Assembly: GCA_031370785.1 (NCBI GenBank)
Contig: JANMQY010000030.1
Coordinates: 19,085 to 83,084, forward strand
Reading direction: 5' to 3'
Length of the DNA stretch: 64,000 nt
Source of the DNA: Candidatus Eiseniibacteriota bacterium
GTDB lineage: Bacteria; Eisenbacteria; RBG-16-71-46
Shown: in pieces, positions 19,597 through 29,421 of the stretch
Layout of the letters: each line of letters begins with the position of its first letter
Position numbering within the stretch: the first letter of the stretch is position 1
Translations under genes and position numbers: made by a program
Notes under the pieces: generated by a model
The model's database searches: none
What the model saw: the letters and a program-made list of their open reading frames with translations, nothing else
What the model was told of the DNA's origin: nothing

Positions 19597-20913
19597 CTAA
19601 TGCCACAGTCCCTTCCTTCTCGTGTCGACGAACTGCCGAGCCTCAGACGCCTGAGGCTCGGCGCCGATCGGGCGCGCGGCCAAGACGCGCGGAAGCTTCA
19701 AGCTCAGAATGAAGCCGATCGTTGCGAGACCGGTGGTAAGGAGAAATGACGCGCCGGGCAACCAGGCGACATCGAAGAGCAGTCCGCTGGCCACCGAGCC
19801 GACGGCGACGCCGAGGCTGGCGGCCGCCGTCTGTTTGCCGAGTTCTGCCCCCTGGGCGTTGCCGGCCATACTCGAGATCCAGTACGTGAGGATCGGTGAC
19901 AGGATGCCTGCGCTGGCGGCGATCGTGCCGACCACGATCAGCATCGAAGCAAAATCAAAGGCCCGCGGCACGAGGAACAAGCCGGCCGCGAGTACCGCGA
20001 GACCTGGTGGAATCAGCCAACGGGTCGATTGCGGCTTGACCAAGGGTGAGAACACGATTGCTTGCGCCACGAACATGACCAGACTGCATTCGCTGAACAT
20101 CATCGCGATCTGATAAGGCGTCAGGCCGAGCTCCTGTTTGCCGCGCAGAGCAAGCCCGACCTCGAAGACACCGACACCTGCGGACACGATGAACGCCAGA
20201 ACCAGAAGCACCGGAATCACCCATGCTCGCGCTTTCACCAAAGATATGGCGCCATTGCGTGTCACGTTCCTGCCATGTGGGGCGCCGGGAACAGCGAATC
20301 CGACAGCAAGTGCCGCCGCCAGGGCGAGAGCCGCGGTAGTAGCCAGCGGAATGGACAGCGATCCCACCGGCTGGGCGGTCGAGAAGAGCTTCGCGGCGAA
20401 GCGGGCAACGAAGACGCCGAGCATGGGCCCGAGCAGGAAACCTGAAACGCCCGCGAGGCTGACGAACGTGAGGCGCCGGGCCCGCTCCTCTTCGGTCGCG
20501 GCAAGATCACCGATGGCCGCCGAGGCCACCGGTGTGACCGCAGCGGCAAACATTCCGCTGAGGAAGCGTTCCGCGTAAACGGCCCACAGAGTTTCGACCG
20601 ACGAGAGGATCAGCATCACGGCCCCGAACCCGATGAGTCCGGCAAGCAAAACGCGGCGCCGGCCCCGGCGATCGGAGGTGCGACCCCAGACAGGCGCGAA
20701 CAGGAACATCGCGAGCGTGTAGATCCCGGTCACAAGCCCGACATTCCGGGACACTTGAGCTGCCTCGCTTCCCGCTCCAATGAGTCGCTCGATCCGATAG
20801 GGCAGAAGAGGCAGCACGACTCCGTAGCCGACCGATACCGTGAACACGGCGAACATCAGCGCCGCCATGGTCCGAGGCGGGACGCCGGCCGAGCGATGGC
20901 TGCCGGTCGTCAC
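19597..20913 (-). CDS. MFS transporter (TetA/DHA1-like)
   Basis: Motif [11 protein letters not shown] and many TM segments; GTGA overlap with the ATPase stop. Confidence 0.88.
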   Translation of the reverse strand: MTTGSHRSAGVPPRTMAALMFAVFTVSVGYGVVLPLLPYRIERLIGAGSEAAQVSRNVGLVTGIYTLAMFLFAPVWGRTSDRRGRRRVLLAGLIGFGAVMLILSSVETLWAVYAERFLSGMFAAAVTPVASAAIGDLAATEEERARRLTFVSLAGVSGFLLGPMLGVFVARFAAKLFSTAQPVGSLSIPLATTAALALAAALAVGFAVPGAPHGRNVTRNGAISLVKARAWVIPVLLVLAFIVSAGVGVFEVGLALRGKQELGLTPYQIAMMFSECSLVMFVAQAIVFSPLVKPQSTRWLIPPGLAVLAAGLFLVPRAFDFASMLIVVGTIAASAGILSPILTYWISSMAGNAQGAELGKQTAAASLGVAVGSVASGLLFDVAWLPGASFLLTTGLATIGFILSLKLPRVLAARPIGAEPQASEARQFVDTRRKGLWH

Positions 20914-23363
20914 GTCGGCGCTCCCACCGGCACCGCAGAGGGCGTTTTGATGTTCGTGCTTCGGCGAATGCCGGTGAGCTTCGTGCGCTTCAGCATCAAC
21001 GCGTTGATCGCGACCAGCGCCGAGCTGCCGGACATGGCCAGCGCGGCGATGCTGGGCCCCAGCAACACCGGATACAGGGCGCCGGCCGCGAGCGGGAAGG
21101 CGATGACGTTGTAGCCGACGGCCCACCACAGATTCTGGTGCATCTTTCGCAACGTCGCCCGCGAGAGCTCGATGGCACCGACGACATCAAAGGGGTCGCT
21201 CTTCATCAGGACGACGTCGGCGCTTTCCATCGCGACGTCAGTGCCGGCGCCAATCGCAAAGCCGACATCGGCCTGGGTCAACGCGGGGGCGTCGTTCACG
21301 CCATCGCCGACCATACCGACTTTTTTCCCTTGCGCCTGGAGCTCCTTGACCTTGCTCGCCTTGTCGCCGGGGAGCACATCGGCGAACACAAGATCAATGC
21401 CGAGCTCGCCCGCGATGCGCTCGGCCGTGCCCCGATTGTCGCCGGTCAGCATGGCGACCTCCACGCCGCGGTCGCGCAGCGCCTTCACCGCCAGTGCGGC
21501 AGTTGGCCGAGGGGCGTCGGCGATGGCGAAGAGCCCCAGGATCTGACCGGCCTGAGCCACATGAACGACGGTGCGGCCGGCACCCTGCAATTCGGCAGAC
21601 TTGGAAGCAAGTCCCCCGAGGTCGATCCTTTGCGCGCTCATGAGCCGCCCATTGCCCAGAAAGACGGTCTTGCCGCCAACCTCGGCCTGCGCTCCCATGC
21701 CCTCGAGATTGACGAAGCCGGTCGCCCTGGGTGCGGTCACGTTCGAGGCCCGGCGCAGGATCGCCTGTGCCAGAGGATGATCCGATCCCGCCTCGACCGC
21801 TGCGGCGGCAGACAGAAGCTGTTCCTCTGTGACACCGGGGACGGTCATGAGGTCCACGACCTCGGGCTGGCCCATGGTCAGCGTTCCCGTCTTGTCGAAG
21901 ATGATGACGTCGAGCTTGGTGGCGTCCTCGAGGGCGGAGGCGTTCTTGAAGAGGATGCCGTTCATGGCGCCAAGACCCGTTCCGACCATGACCGCCATCG
22001 GGGTCGCGAGCCCGAGCGCATCAGGGCATGCGATCACGAAGACGGTGATGGTCAGGCTCAGTGCGAACAGCAGGGTCTGACCGATCACCCAATACCAGAC
22101 GACAAATGTGAGCACCCCGATCAGCACCGCCGCCAATACCAGCCATTGCGATGCGCGATCTGCGAGAAGCTGCGCAGGCGCTTTCGAGTTCTGGGCTTCC
22201 TGGACCAGCTTGACGATCTGAGCGAGGGCGGTGTCCGCCCCGACCCTGGTGGCGCGATAACGAAAGATGCCACTCTTGTTGATGGTTGCGCCGATGACCG
22301 TGTCACCGACCTTCTTGGCCACGGGCATCGACTCGCCGGTCAGCATCGACTCGTCGACCAGGGACTCTCCCTCGGTCAACGTTCCATCCACCGGGATCTT
22401 GTTCCCGGGACGGATCACCACGATGTCATCGGCGACGACTCCGGCGGTTGGTACCTCGATCTCCCGACCGTCGCGCAGCACCATGGCTTTCGGCGGTGCC
22501 AGATCCATGAGCGCACGAATCGCGGCCGAGGCACCGGCGCGAGCTCGCATCTCCAGCCAGTGCCCGAGCAGGATGAAAACAAGGAGTACGGCCGATGCCT
22601 CGTAGAACTGGGGTCCGCCGAACCAGAAGGTAGCGCCGACGCTGAATAGATATCCCGTGCCGACGCTCAGAACGACCAGCACCGCCATGTTCGCGACTCC
22701 GTTCCTGAGCGCGCGATAGGCCGCGATGACGAATGGCCAGACCGGATAGAGGATGGCCGCGCTCGCCAGCCCGAACAGGAAGACGTCGAGCCTCATACCG
22801 AAGGGTGGGGTCAGACGGATGAGATCCATTCCCATTGGCGAGTAGGCAAAGATCGGTAAACTGAAAACGAGCGCAATCAGGAAGCGGTTACGCATGTCGC
22901 GGGCCATGGCCTGCATGTCCATGCCAGCACCGTGACCCATCTCATGCGCCATCGCATCCGGTTGCGCGGCGTGCGAACCGTGGGAAGTTCCGGGCGCCTC
23001 TTCGCGCGTAGCGGCTGGTGCCGCGGGTCGCACGGCACCATGTGGAGTCTGGTGATCAATGTGGGCCGCCATCGTGCCCGCCCCCGGCGGGAGCGCCTCC
23101 CGGCGCTGTGTTGGAGGCCGCACGTCGCACAGGTGGCGCGGAAGAATTTCTCCGGCGCAGTGATGGCCGCACGCCTCGATCGTCGACATGATCTCCGGGG
23201 GACCCGTTCGCGCCGGATCGTAGGTGATAGTCGCCGTGCCGGAAGCCGGGTTCGCCGATGCGCCCGTGACACCTGTCAGCCGCATGAGCTGTTTCTCGAT
23301 TCCCTGCGAGCTCAGGACCGAGAACAGGTCCCGAACCTCCAATGTGATCGTGCGAGAACTCAT
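20910..23363 (-). CDS. copA: Copper-translocating P1B-type ATPase (CPD variant)
   Basis: [29 protein letters not shown] and MxxSS; His/Met-rich N-terminus. Confidence 0.9.
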   Translation of the reverse strand: MSSRTITLEVRDLFSVLSSQGIEKQLMRLTGVTGASANPASGTATITYDPARTGPPEIMSTIEACGHHCAGEILPRHLCDVRPPTQRREALPPGAGTMAAHIDHQTPHGAVRPAAPAATREEAPGTSHGSHAAQPDAMAHEMGHGAGMDMQAMARDMRNRFLIALVFSLPIFAYSPMGMDLIRLTPPFGMRLDVFLFGLASAAILYPVWPFVIAAYRALRNGVANMAVLVVLSVGTGYLFSVGATFWFGGPQFYEASAVLLVFILLGHWLEMRARAGASAAIRALMDLAPPKAMVLRDGREIEVPTAGVVADDIVVIRPGNKIPVDGTLTEGESLVDESMLTGESMPVAKKVGDTVIGATINKSGIFRYRATRVGADTALAQIVKLVQEAQNSKAPAQLLADRASQWLVLAAVLIGVLTFVVWYWVIGQTLLFALSLTITVFVIACPDALGLATPMAVMVGTGLGAMNGILFKNASALEDATKLDVIIFDKTGTLTMGQPEVVDLMTVPGVTEEQLLSAAAAVEAGSDHPLAQAILRRASNVTAPRATGFVNLEGMGAQAEVGGKTVFLGNGRLMSAQRIDLGGLASKSAELQGAGRTVVHVAQAGQILGLFAIADAPRPTAALAVKALRDRGVEVAMLTGDNRGTAERIAGELGIDLVFADVLPGDKASKVKELQAQGKKVGMVGDGVNDAPALTQADVGFAIGAGTDVAMESADVVLMKSDPFDVVGAIELSRATLRKMHQNLWWAVGYNVIAFPLAAGALYPVLLGPSIAALAMSGSSALVAINALMLKRTKLTGIRRSTNIKTPSAVPVGAPT

Positions 23364-24139
23364 GGCAAGTGATCTCCAAGGGTGCCCGAGACCTTTAGTC
23401 GTGACGAAGGCGTTGAGCCAGCGACGACACCGGCGTGCGAGGCTGCGGACGCCGACGTGGACCATGTGAAGTGCTCGTAGACGGCCGACCAATAGCCGCC
23501 GAACGCCGCTGCGAAGAGCAGCTCCTCGACCGGCAGACCGGCAATCATGAGTTCTGAGAGCGCGGGAAGGTTCCATACTCGTCCGATGTAGCCCGGCACG
23601 GTTATCTCGAGGCCGAGCAGGAGGACGGTATAGAAGGTGAAGAAAAGGACTGCGCCTACCCAGGTTCTGGCTTTCAGGTCGGGCCGACAGGCCATCGCCG
23701 CAAGCGCACCGGTTCCCATCGCTACGATCGCAGGGTAGATCGGATTCCAATGGAAGAGGAGAAGAGGCGGGAATACGAGCACGGGTGCCGCCAGTGCCAG
23801 TCTGTGGAGGCGATGCCGCATGTGACGCTGCTCCGTCGCCGGAAGTCGTACCGTCACGCGGCGGGTGAGCACATCGTAGAGAACCAGCCCCACGCCCCCG
23901 ATCGCGAAGCTGAAGATCAGGCTCTCAACATCGAAGCCAGTGCGCAAGGCGAGGTCGAACAGGCTCGGTGGGGACCAGTAGGCGGGTACGAACAATGGCT
24001 CGGTGAGCCCGAACGGCAGGGTGACCAAGCTCGCACGCAGCATGATCCGGCGCTTGGCGGGAACCCCGAGATAGAGCAGCAGCCAGGGAATCAGGAACGC
24101 GCTCGACCAGATGAGCCACACGTAACGCTCGGAGATCAT
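23360..24139 (-). CDS. Polytopic membrane protein, lycopene-cyclase-domain-like
   Basis: Two hydrophobic repeats with FDVESLIF and [12 protein letters not shown] overlap with the ATPase. Confidence 0.7.
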   Translation of the reverse strand: MISERYVWLIWSSAFLIPWLLLYLGVPAKRRIMLRASLVTLPFGLTEPLFVPAYWSPPSLFDLALRTGFDVESLIFSFAIGGVGLVLYDVLTRRVTVRLPATEQRHMRHRLHRLALAAPVLVFPPLLLFHWNPIYPAIVAMGTGALAAMACRPDLKARTWVGAVLFFTFYTVLLLGLEITVPGYIGRVWNLPALSELMIAGLPVEELLFAAAFGGYWSAVYEHFTWSTSASAASHAGVVAGSTPSSRLKVSGTLGDHLP

Positions 24140-24338
24140 GACTGGACCCGTCTTTCTCCCGGGCCGAAAGGAGCTCGGCGCGCACCTGGTTGAAGCGGAA
24201 AGCCCCGCTCACCGCGCATCGTCTTCTCCTGTGGGACTGGATATCGTCCTGCTAGTAACGTACCGCGTAGACGGGCTCGGCCCCCGTTCAACGGCAAGCT
24301 TCGACGAATTACCAAACGGCCCTACCATGGGGCGGATC

Positions 24339-26261
24339 ATGGAACGCACTTCAGAAAAAAGTTCTCGACCAAGCGCCTCGCGAGCTCTGCGCTTGCAGAG
24401 TCACCTCTCGATGGCTGGCATTTGGCGGCGCAGGACCACCGTCATCGCGGCCCTTTCGGTCGCGGCCATCCTCGTGCATCTGATCCTTCGATTCGGCTTC
24501 CGCACGAGTCGGGGCGCACTTGAAGCCCCGTTGTTGTCCGCGTTGATTCTCGGAGGCCTGCCACTTGTCTATGACCTTCTGAGGAAACTCTCAAGACGGG
24601 AGTTTGGTTCCGATCTGCTGGCCGGCATTTCGATAGTCACATCGGTGTGGCTTGGCGAGTACCTGGCGGGCACGATCGTCGTCTTGATGCTGTCGGGAGG
24701 CGAGGCGCTGGAGAATTACGCGTTGAGGAGCGCCTCCTCTGTGCTGGCCGCACTGGCCAAACGCATGCCCTCGGTCGCACACCGCAAGCGAGGTGCTGAG
24801 ATTCTCGATGTGGCACTGGCGGAGATTGCCGTTGGCGATGCGCTTGTGGTCTATCCCCACGACATCTGCCCGGTGGATGGCGTGGTCGTTGAAGGCCACG
24901 GTGTGATGGATGAATCCTACCTCACCGGCGAGCCGTTTCAGATTACGAAGACTTCCGGCTCGACCGTGATGTCAGGCGCAATCAATGGTGAATCTGCGCT
25001 GACCATTCAAGCCACCAAGGTCGCCGGGGATTCGCGCTACGCGAAGATCATGGAAGTCATGCGCGAGTCCGAGGCAAAGCGTCCGCAGCTTCGGCGACTG
25101 GGCGACCAATTGGGTGCGATCTACACCCCGCTGGCTGTCGCGGTCGCCATCCTGGCGTGGGCAATGAGCGGTGACGCCATTCGTTTCCTCGCAGTGTTGG
25201 TGATCGCGACACCCTGCCCTTTGCTGATTGCAATCCCTGTCGCAATCATCGGCTCGATATCCCTCTGCGCTCGCCGGGCGATCATCGTAAAGAGTCCCGT
25301 CGTGCTGGAGCAGATCGTCGGATGCCGGACTGCGATCTTCGACAAGACCGGTACGCTCACGTATGGAGAGCCGAAGTTGACCGAGAGGAACATGGCCGCG
25401 GGCTTCGAGCAGAAAGAAGTGCTGACGCTCGTAGCCGGCCTGGAGCGCTACTCGAAGCATCCGCTGGCGCGGGCCATTCTCGTCGCGGCGGATGAGGAGG
25501 GCATTCAGCTTCCGGAGGCCACCGAAGTTGGCGAGCAACCAGGCCGCGGGTTGCGCGGAACTGTCCTGGGCCACCAGCTGCAGATCACGAGCCGCAACAA
25601 ACTCGGCACGCAAGGTACGACCGGCACGGATCAACTGCCCCCGGTCACCGGCGGGCTTGAATGCGTGGTGGTGATCGACAATCGCTATGCAGCGGCGTTT
25701 CGCTTTCGCGATGCGCCGCGAACCGAGAGTCGTTCCTTCGTGAAGCACCTGGGACCGAAGCACCACTTTGCGCGTGTGATGATCGTGTCGGGAGATCGTG
25801 GGGCTGAGGTTCGTTATCTGGCCGAGCAAGTGGGCATCAGCGAAATCCACGCCGAGCAAAGCCCCGAGGAAAAACTTGCGATCGTGCGCAAGGAGACCTC
25901 TGTGGCCAAGACGCTCTACGTTGGCGACGGCATCAACGACGCACCCGCCATGATGGCCGCAACCGTCGGCATGGCGATCGGGCAGAACAGCGACGTGACC
26001 ACGGAGGCCGCGGGAGTTGTCGTGATGGACAGCTCGCTGGAGAAGGTCGACGAGTTCATGCACATCAGCCGGCGGATGCGCTCCATCGCTCTTCAGAGCG
26101 CAGTGGGTGGCATGGCGCTCAGCGTCATCGGCATGGTCTTCGCAGCCGCCGGGACTCTGAGTCCGGTTAACGGCGCGATCAGCCAGGAAGTCATCGATGT
26201 GCTGGCAGTTCTCAATGCTCTGCGCGCGGCGTTTCCTCCGAAGGTGATTTCCGACCTGTGA
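24339..26261 (+). CDS. P1B-5-type heavy-metal ATPase (start uncertain, 24327-24411)
   Basis: TPCP, DKTGT, QX4GX3SX3M ([14 protein letters not shown]) and PX6QEX2DX5N ([18 protein letters not shown]). Confidence 0.9.
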   Translation: MERTSEKSSRPSASRALRLQSHLSMAGIWRRRTTVIAALSVAAILVHLILRFGFRTSRGALEAPLLSALILGGLPLVYDLLRKLSRREFGSDLLAGISIVTSVWLGEYLAGTIVVLMLSGGEALENYALRSASSVLAALAKRMPSVAHRKRGAEILDVALAEIAVGDALVVYPHDICPVDGVVVEGHGVMDESYLTGEPFQITKTSGSTVMSGAINGESALTIQATKVAGDSRYAKIMEVMRESEAKRPQLRRLGDQLGAIYTPLAVAVAILAWAMSGDAIRFLAVLVIATPCPLLIAIPVAIIGSISLCARRAIIVKSPVVLEQIVGCRTAIFDKTGTLTYGEPKLTERNMAAGFEQKEVLTLVAGLERYSKHPLARAILVAADEEGIQLPEATEVGEQPGRGLRGTVLGHQLQITSRNKLGTQGTTGTDQLPPVTGGLECVVVIDNRYAAAFRFRDAPRTESRSFVKHLGPKHHFARVMIVSGDRGAEVRYLAEQVGISEIHAEQSPEEKLAIVRKETSVAKTLYVGDGINDAPAMMAATVGMAIGQNSDVTTEAAGVVVMDSSLEKVDEFMHISRRMRSIALQSAVGGMALSVIGMVFAAAGTLSPVNGAISQEVIDVLAVLNALRAAFPPKVISDL

Positions 26262-26453
26262 CCGCCGTGGGAAAGCTGACGCGGCCCGCCATCTCGACGA
26301 CCTCGTCGGCTAGTGCCCGTGCGCTCGTCGCCTCGTCCGGATACGCGTCCGAGGCGGCGTTACGCACCGTATTCAAGAAGTGGCTCGGCGATTCGCCGCG
26401 AAGCTATCGAGCGCGCGCGCGATCTGCGTGAGGCCGCAAGTGCCGCGGCCCTG

Positions 26454-27119
26454 CTACTCGGGCTTCCGGTACGGGAAGTTGCCCGCCACCTTCTTCAGCA
26501 GCGACTTCGTCATGCCCTCGACGGAATTCGTTAGCCCGCCCTTGTCGGTGTGGTCGTAGCTCCAGAGCAGCGTACCGTCCGCGCCATTGTGAACCGCCAT
26601 GTTGATATCCACGCGCTGCGTCGAGCCGCTGAATCCAACGAGAAGGGTCTGTGCCATGGCGACCCCGGTGGACGTCGGCTGCGCTTGGTGCACCGTTCCC
26701 GAGACCAGCGCGTCCACGCCCAGGGCCTTTGCGATCTCGTCTTTGGTGCGCATCGAGAGGCCGTCGAGCGGCATGCCGGCTCGCGCCAAGAGGGCGTTGG
26801 TCTGATCGACATCCTGGAAGCCGACGGTATAGTCGCCTTCCTGCGCGCGCTGCAGAAACCGGGCGTGGAGCTGCCTCTGAAACTCGAGCGCCTCTTCGTT
26901 CTCCGAGCTCTTGACCATCTCGAGCGTGGTGTTCTTCGAGAGATTCTTGGAGCTAATCACGACCTTGAACGGAAGGATCGCGATCGTCTTATGATCCTTC
27001 GCGAGCTGCGCGAACTGCGGATGCGTGTACTTCTGCGCGGCGGCGAAGCACGGTGCGGCGAACACGACCGGGAGCGAAACAAGGGTGAGAACGAGAGCGA
27101 TTCTGTGCGCGACGATTAT
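26454..27119 (-). CDS. Exported hypothetical protein (alpha/beta, IAILPF motif); probable ATA start
   Basis: Frame open from ATA 27119, which follows GGAGG and completes a signal peptide. Confidence 0.7.
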   Translation of the reverse strand: MIVAHRIALVLTLVSLPVVFAAPCFAAAQKYTHPQFAQLAKDHKTIAILPFKVVISSKNLSKNTTLEMVKSSENEEALEFQRQLHARFLQRAQEGDYTVGFQDVDQTNALLARAGMPLDGLSMRTKDEIAKALGVDALVSGTVHQAQPTSTGVAMAQTLLVGFSGSTQRVDINMAVHNGADGTLLWSYDHTDKGGLTNSVEGMTKSLLKKVAGNFPYRKPE

Positions 27120-27252
27120 GGAATCCTCCAGCGGGCGGCACGACGCGATGAGCCTGAGGCGGCCTTCGACCCACGAGCTCCCGCGCCGCGGAGCAGACTG
27201 ACACCAGCGCTTGCCATTCTCAAGCCGGCTCGGAAACCGCCATTGGGCCGTT

Positions 27253-28365
27253 TCACACCACCGCGACCTTCACGCAATGAATCGCCGGCAGGGAATCGAA
27301 GAGACAGCTCCATTCCTCGCCGCCGTCTCGCCCGATCCAGAGCTGACCGGTCGTGGTCCCGAAGTAGAGCGCCGGCGACTTGAGCGTATCGACATCCATC
27401 GCGTCGCGCTGGACCGTGAAGTAGCTCGACTTCTTGGGCAGCCCGCGCACGAGCTTCCTCCAGGAATCGCCGCCATCTTCGCTGCGCCAGACCGCGGGCG
27501 CACCACCGGGACAGGTGCGAGTCATCGGCTCGAGCGGCATGACATAGACGGTGTCGGCGTCATCAGGGTGCACGACGATCGGGAAGCCGAAGTCGGACGG
27601 CAGCCCCTTCGCGATCGAGCGCCACGTGTGGCCGTGGTCGTCGCTCCGCAGCACTCCGATGTCCGGCCGCGGGCCGCCGGGCCCGGTCCAGTCGGCCCAT
27701 CCACCGGGGTTCTGCATGTAGAGCCGCCCCGGCGCGTCCTCGTGGCGCGCGATCTTGTGAACGCACTGGCCAAACTCGGGGTAGGGATCCGGCGCGTATC
27801 CGGCGCCCACGCCCTTGTTGGACGCGGTGAAAGTCTCTCCGCCGTCTTCGCTCAGGTAGTGGCCACCGGTCGAGATGCCGAGGTGCACTCGATTCCCATC
27901 GCGAATGATGGTGTGCATGCACAGCCCACCGGCTCCAGGCTGCCACTTGCGAGCGTGCTCGTGGTTGCTGATGCCGGGAACCATCTCCCACGAGTCACCG
28001 GCGTCGCTGCTCCTGAAGAGCGATGCCGGCTCGACGCCGCACCAGAGATCCTTCTTGCCCCGGCCCGGCTCGATCGACCAGATATTCGCGAGCGCACGTC
28101 CGTCGTCTTTCGGGAAGGCGGGACCCGCTTTCGTCTCCTTGAAACTCTTTCCGAGATCGGTCGAGCGCAGAACCTTCATGCCGAAGAAGGGATTGCAGCT
28201 CGAGGCGTACATTCGAGGAGCGCCGCGCGTGTCGATCAGCGTCGAGTACACCGGGACCCCGGGTCCGAATGGTCCGCGCAGCGCGAAACTGCCGCGGGAC
28301 TTCCCGGCCTCGGCGACGAACAGGCCCTTCCTGGTTCCAATGCTGAGGATGACGCGCTTCCCCAT
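27253..28365 (-). CDS. BNR/Asp-box beta-propeller protein without a signal peptide
   Basis: GTRKGLF, repeated SxDxGxxW/F boxes, GQCVHK and SDFGFP. Confidence 0.88.
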   Translation of the reverse strand: MGKRVILSIGTRKGLFVAEAGKSRGSFALRGPFGPGVPVYSTLIDTRGAPRMYASSCNPFFGMKVLRSTDLGKSFKETKAGPAFPKDDGRALANIWSIEPGRGKKDLWCGVEPASLFRSSDAGDSWEMVPGISNHEHARKWQPGAGGLCMHTIIRDGNRVHLGISTGGHYLSEDGGETFTASNKGVGAGYAPDPYPEFGQCVHKIARHEDAPGRLYMQNPGGWADWTGPGGPRPDIGVLRSDDHGHTWRSIAKGLPSDFGFPIVVHPDDADTVYVMPLEPMTRTCPGGAPAVWRSEDGGDSWRKLVRGLPKKSSYFTVQRDAMDVDTLKSPALYFGTTTGQLWIGRDGGEEWSCLFDSLPAIHCVKVAVV

Positions 28366-28367
28366 TT

Positions 28368-28673
28368 TCAACCTCCTGAGACTGCAGGAAGGATCGTGAC
28401 GACGTCCCCTGCCGCCAGTGCCGTGTCGACCCCATCGAGGTCGCGCATGTGGTCCGAGTTCACGAAAATGTTGAGGTGGCGACGCACCTTGCCCGTCTCG
28501 TCGCAGACGTTGCGATACAGAGATGCATGGCGCTGCTCGAGCTGCTCGAGTGCAACGCGCACGGTGGAAGCCGACAACGAGAGCTGGGACGCGCCTTCGC
28601 AGTAGGCACGAAGCGGGCCCGGGACATGGATTGTGATGGTCGGGGCTCGGTCCATGATGGAAGAAGGTGCCAT
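28368..28673 (-). CDS. MoaD/ThiS-family ubiquitin-like protein
   Basis: RRHLNIFVN; C-terminus ILPAVSGG. Confidence 0.9.
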   Translation of the reverse strand: MAPSSIMDRAPTITIHVPGPLRAYCEGASQLSLSASTVRVALEQLEQRHASLYRNVCDETGKVRRHLNIFVNSDHMRDLDGVDTALAAGDVVTILPAVSGG

Positions 28674-28675
28674 TC

Positions 28676-29137
28676 CTACGATCGAGCGCCTTCGAGCCTG
28701 CCCTCCTCTACCATCTGGCGGCAGTAGGCGTAGAGCGCATCGTATACGATCCACTCGGCGGCGTTGATCTCGTGATCGTCCTTGAACCCGAGGCCGCGAA
28801 AACCCTTCGCGACCGCCTTGAGCCCGTCGGACTCAGGCTGGTTCCAGAGCGAGTTGTCCGTATCCGCCCCATTCACGATCCTGGCGAGGAGCACGAGTGC
28901 GGGGTCGGACGTCAGTCCGTGCTTCCTGAGAATCGCATCGAAGGAGCATTCCTTGCCATGATGGCCGAGCTCGACCCCCTTCACGTCATAGGGCGTCGCG
29001 CCCTCACGCTCCGCCACCTTCATCACCTGGTCTGCGGGCACGAACAGGAATTCAGCCTTGGGGTCCACGAACTTCCGGATCAGCCACGGGCAGGCTACGC
29101 GATCGACCTGCACGTTCTCTCTCGTCACCCATTTCAT
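28676..29137 (-). CDS. Chromate-resistance ChrB C-terminal-domain protein (ChrF-like)
   Basis: WVTR, DRVACPWLIRKFVD, CSFDA, GADT and YDALY motifs. Confidence 0.88.
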   Translation of the reverse strand: MKWVTRENVQVDRVACPWLIRKFVDPKAEFLFVPADQVMKVAEREGATPYDVKGVELGHHGKECSFDAILRKHGLTSDPALVLLARIVNGADTDNSLWNQPESDGLKAVAKGFRGLGFKDDHEINAAEWIVYDALYAYCRQMVEEGRLEGARS

Positions 29138-29368
29138 CGCGACTCCCTTCCATGCAACGACGCGCGGCGGCACCGACTCGAGGGAGCCCGCCAGCGTGCT
29201 CAGATCGAGTAGTGGAAGCTACACGATTCCGGTGGCGAGAATCACCTGAGGCGTTCGGCCTGGGGCCGGCAGTGCGTCAGGAGGCGACGACATTGGCATG
29301 CAAGCGAGTTGAATTCGCCGGGTCGCTGCTGCTTGATCTCGGCGGCGCCAGCGAACGGCACAAATTCA

Positions 29369-29401
29369 CGAGGGGTCGACGGATCCCTCGTCGACCCCTC
29401 G
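29369..29401 (-). terminator. Hairpin downstream of the S8 protease gene
   Basis: 13-bp perfect stem cgaggggtcgacg/cgtcgacccctcg; weak U-tract. Confidence 0.6.
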
Positions 29402-29421
29402 CTTGCGCCGAGGCCAGGGCC

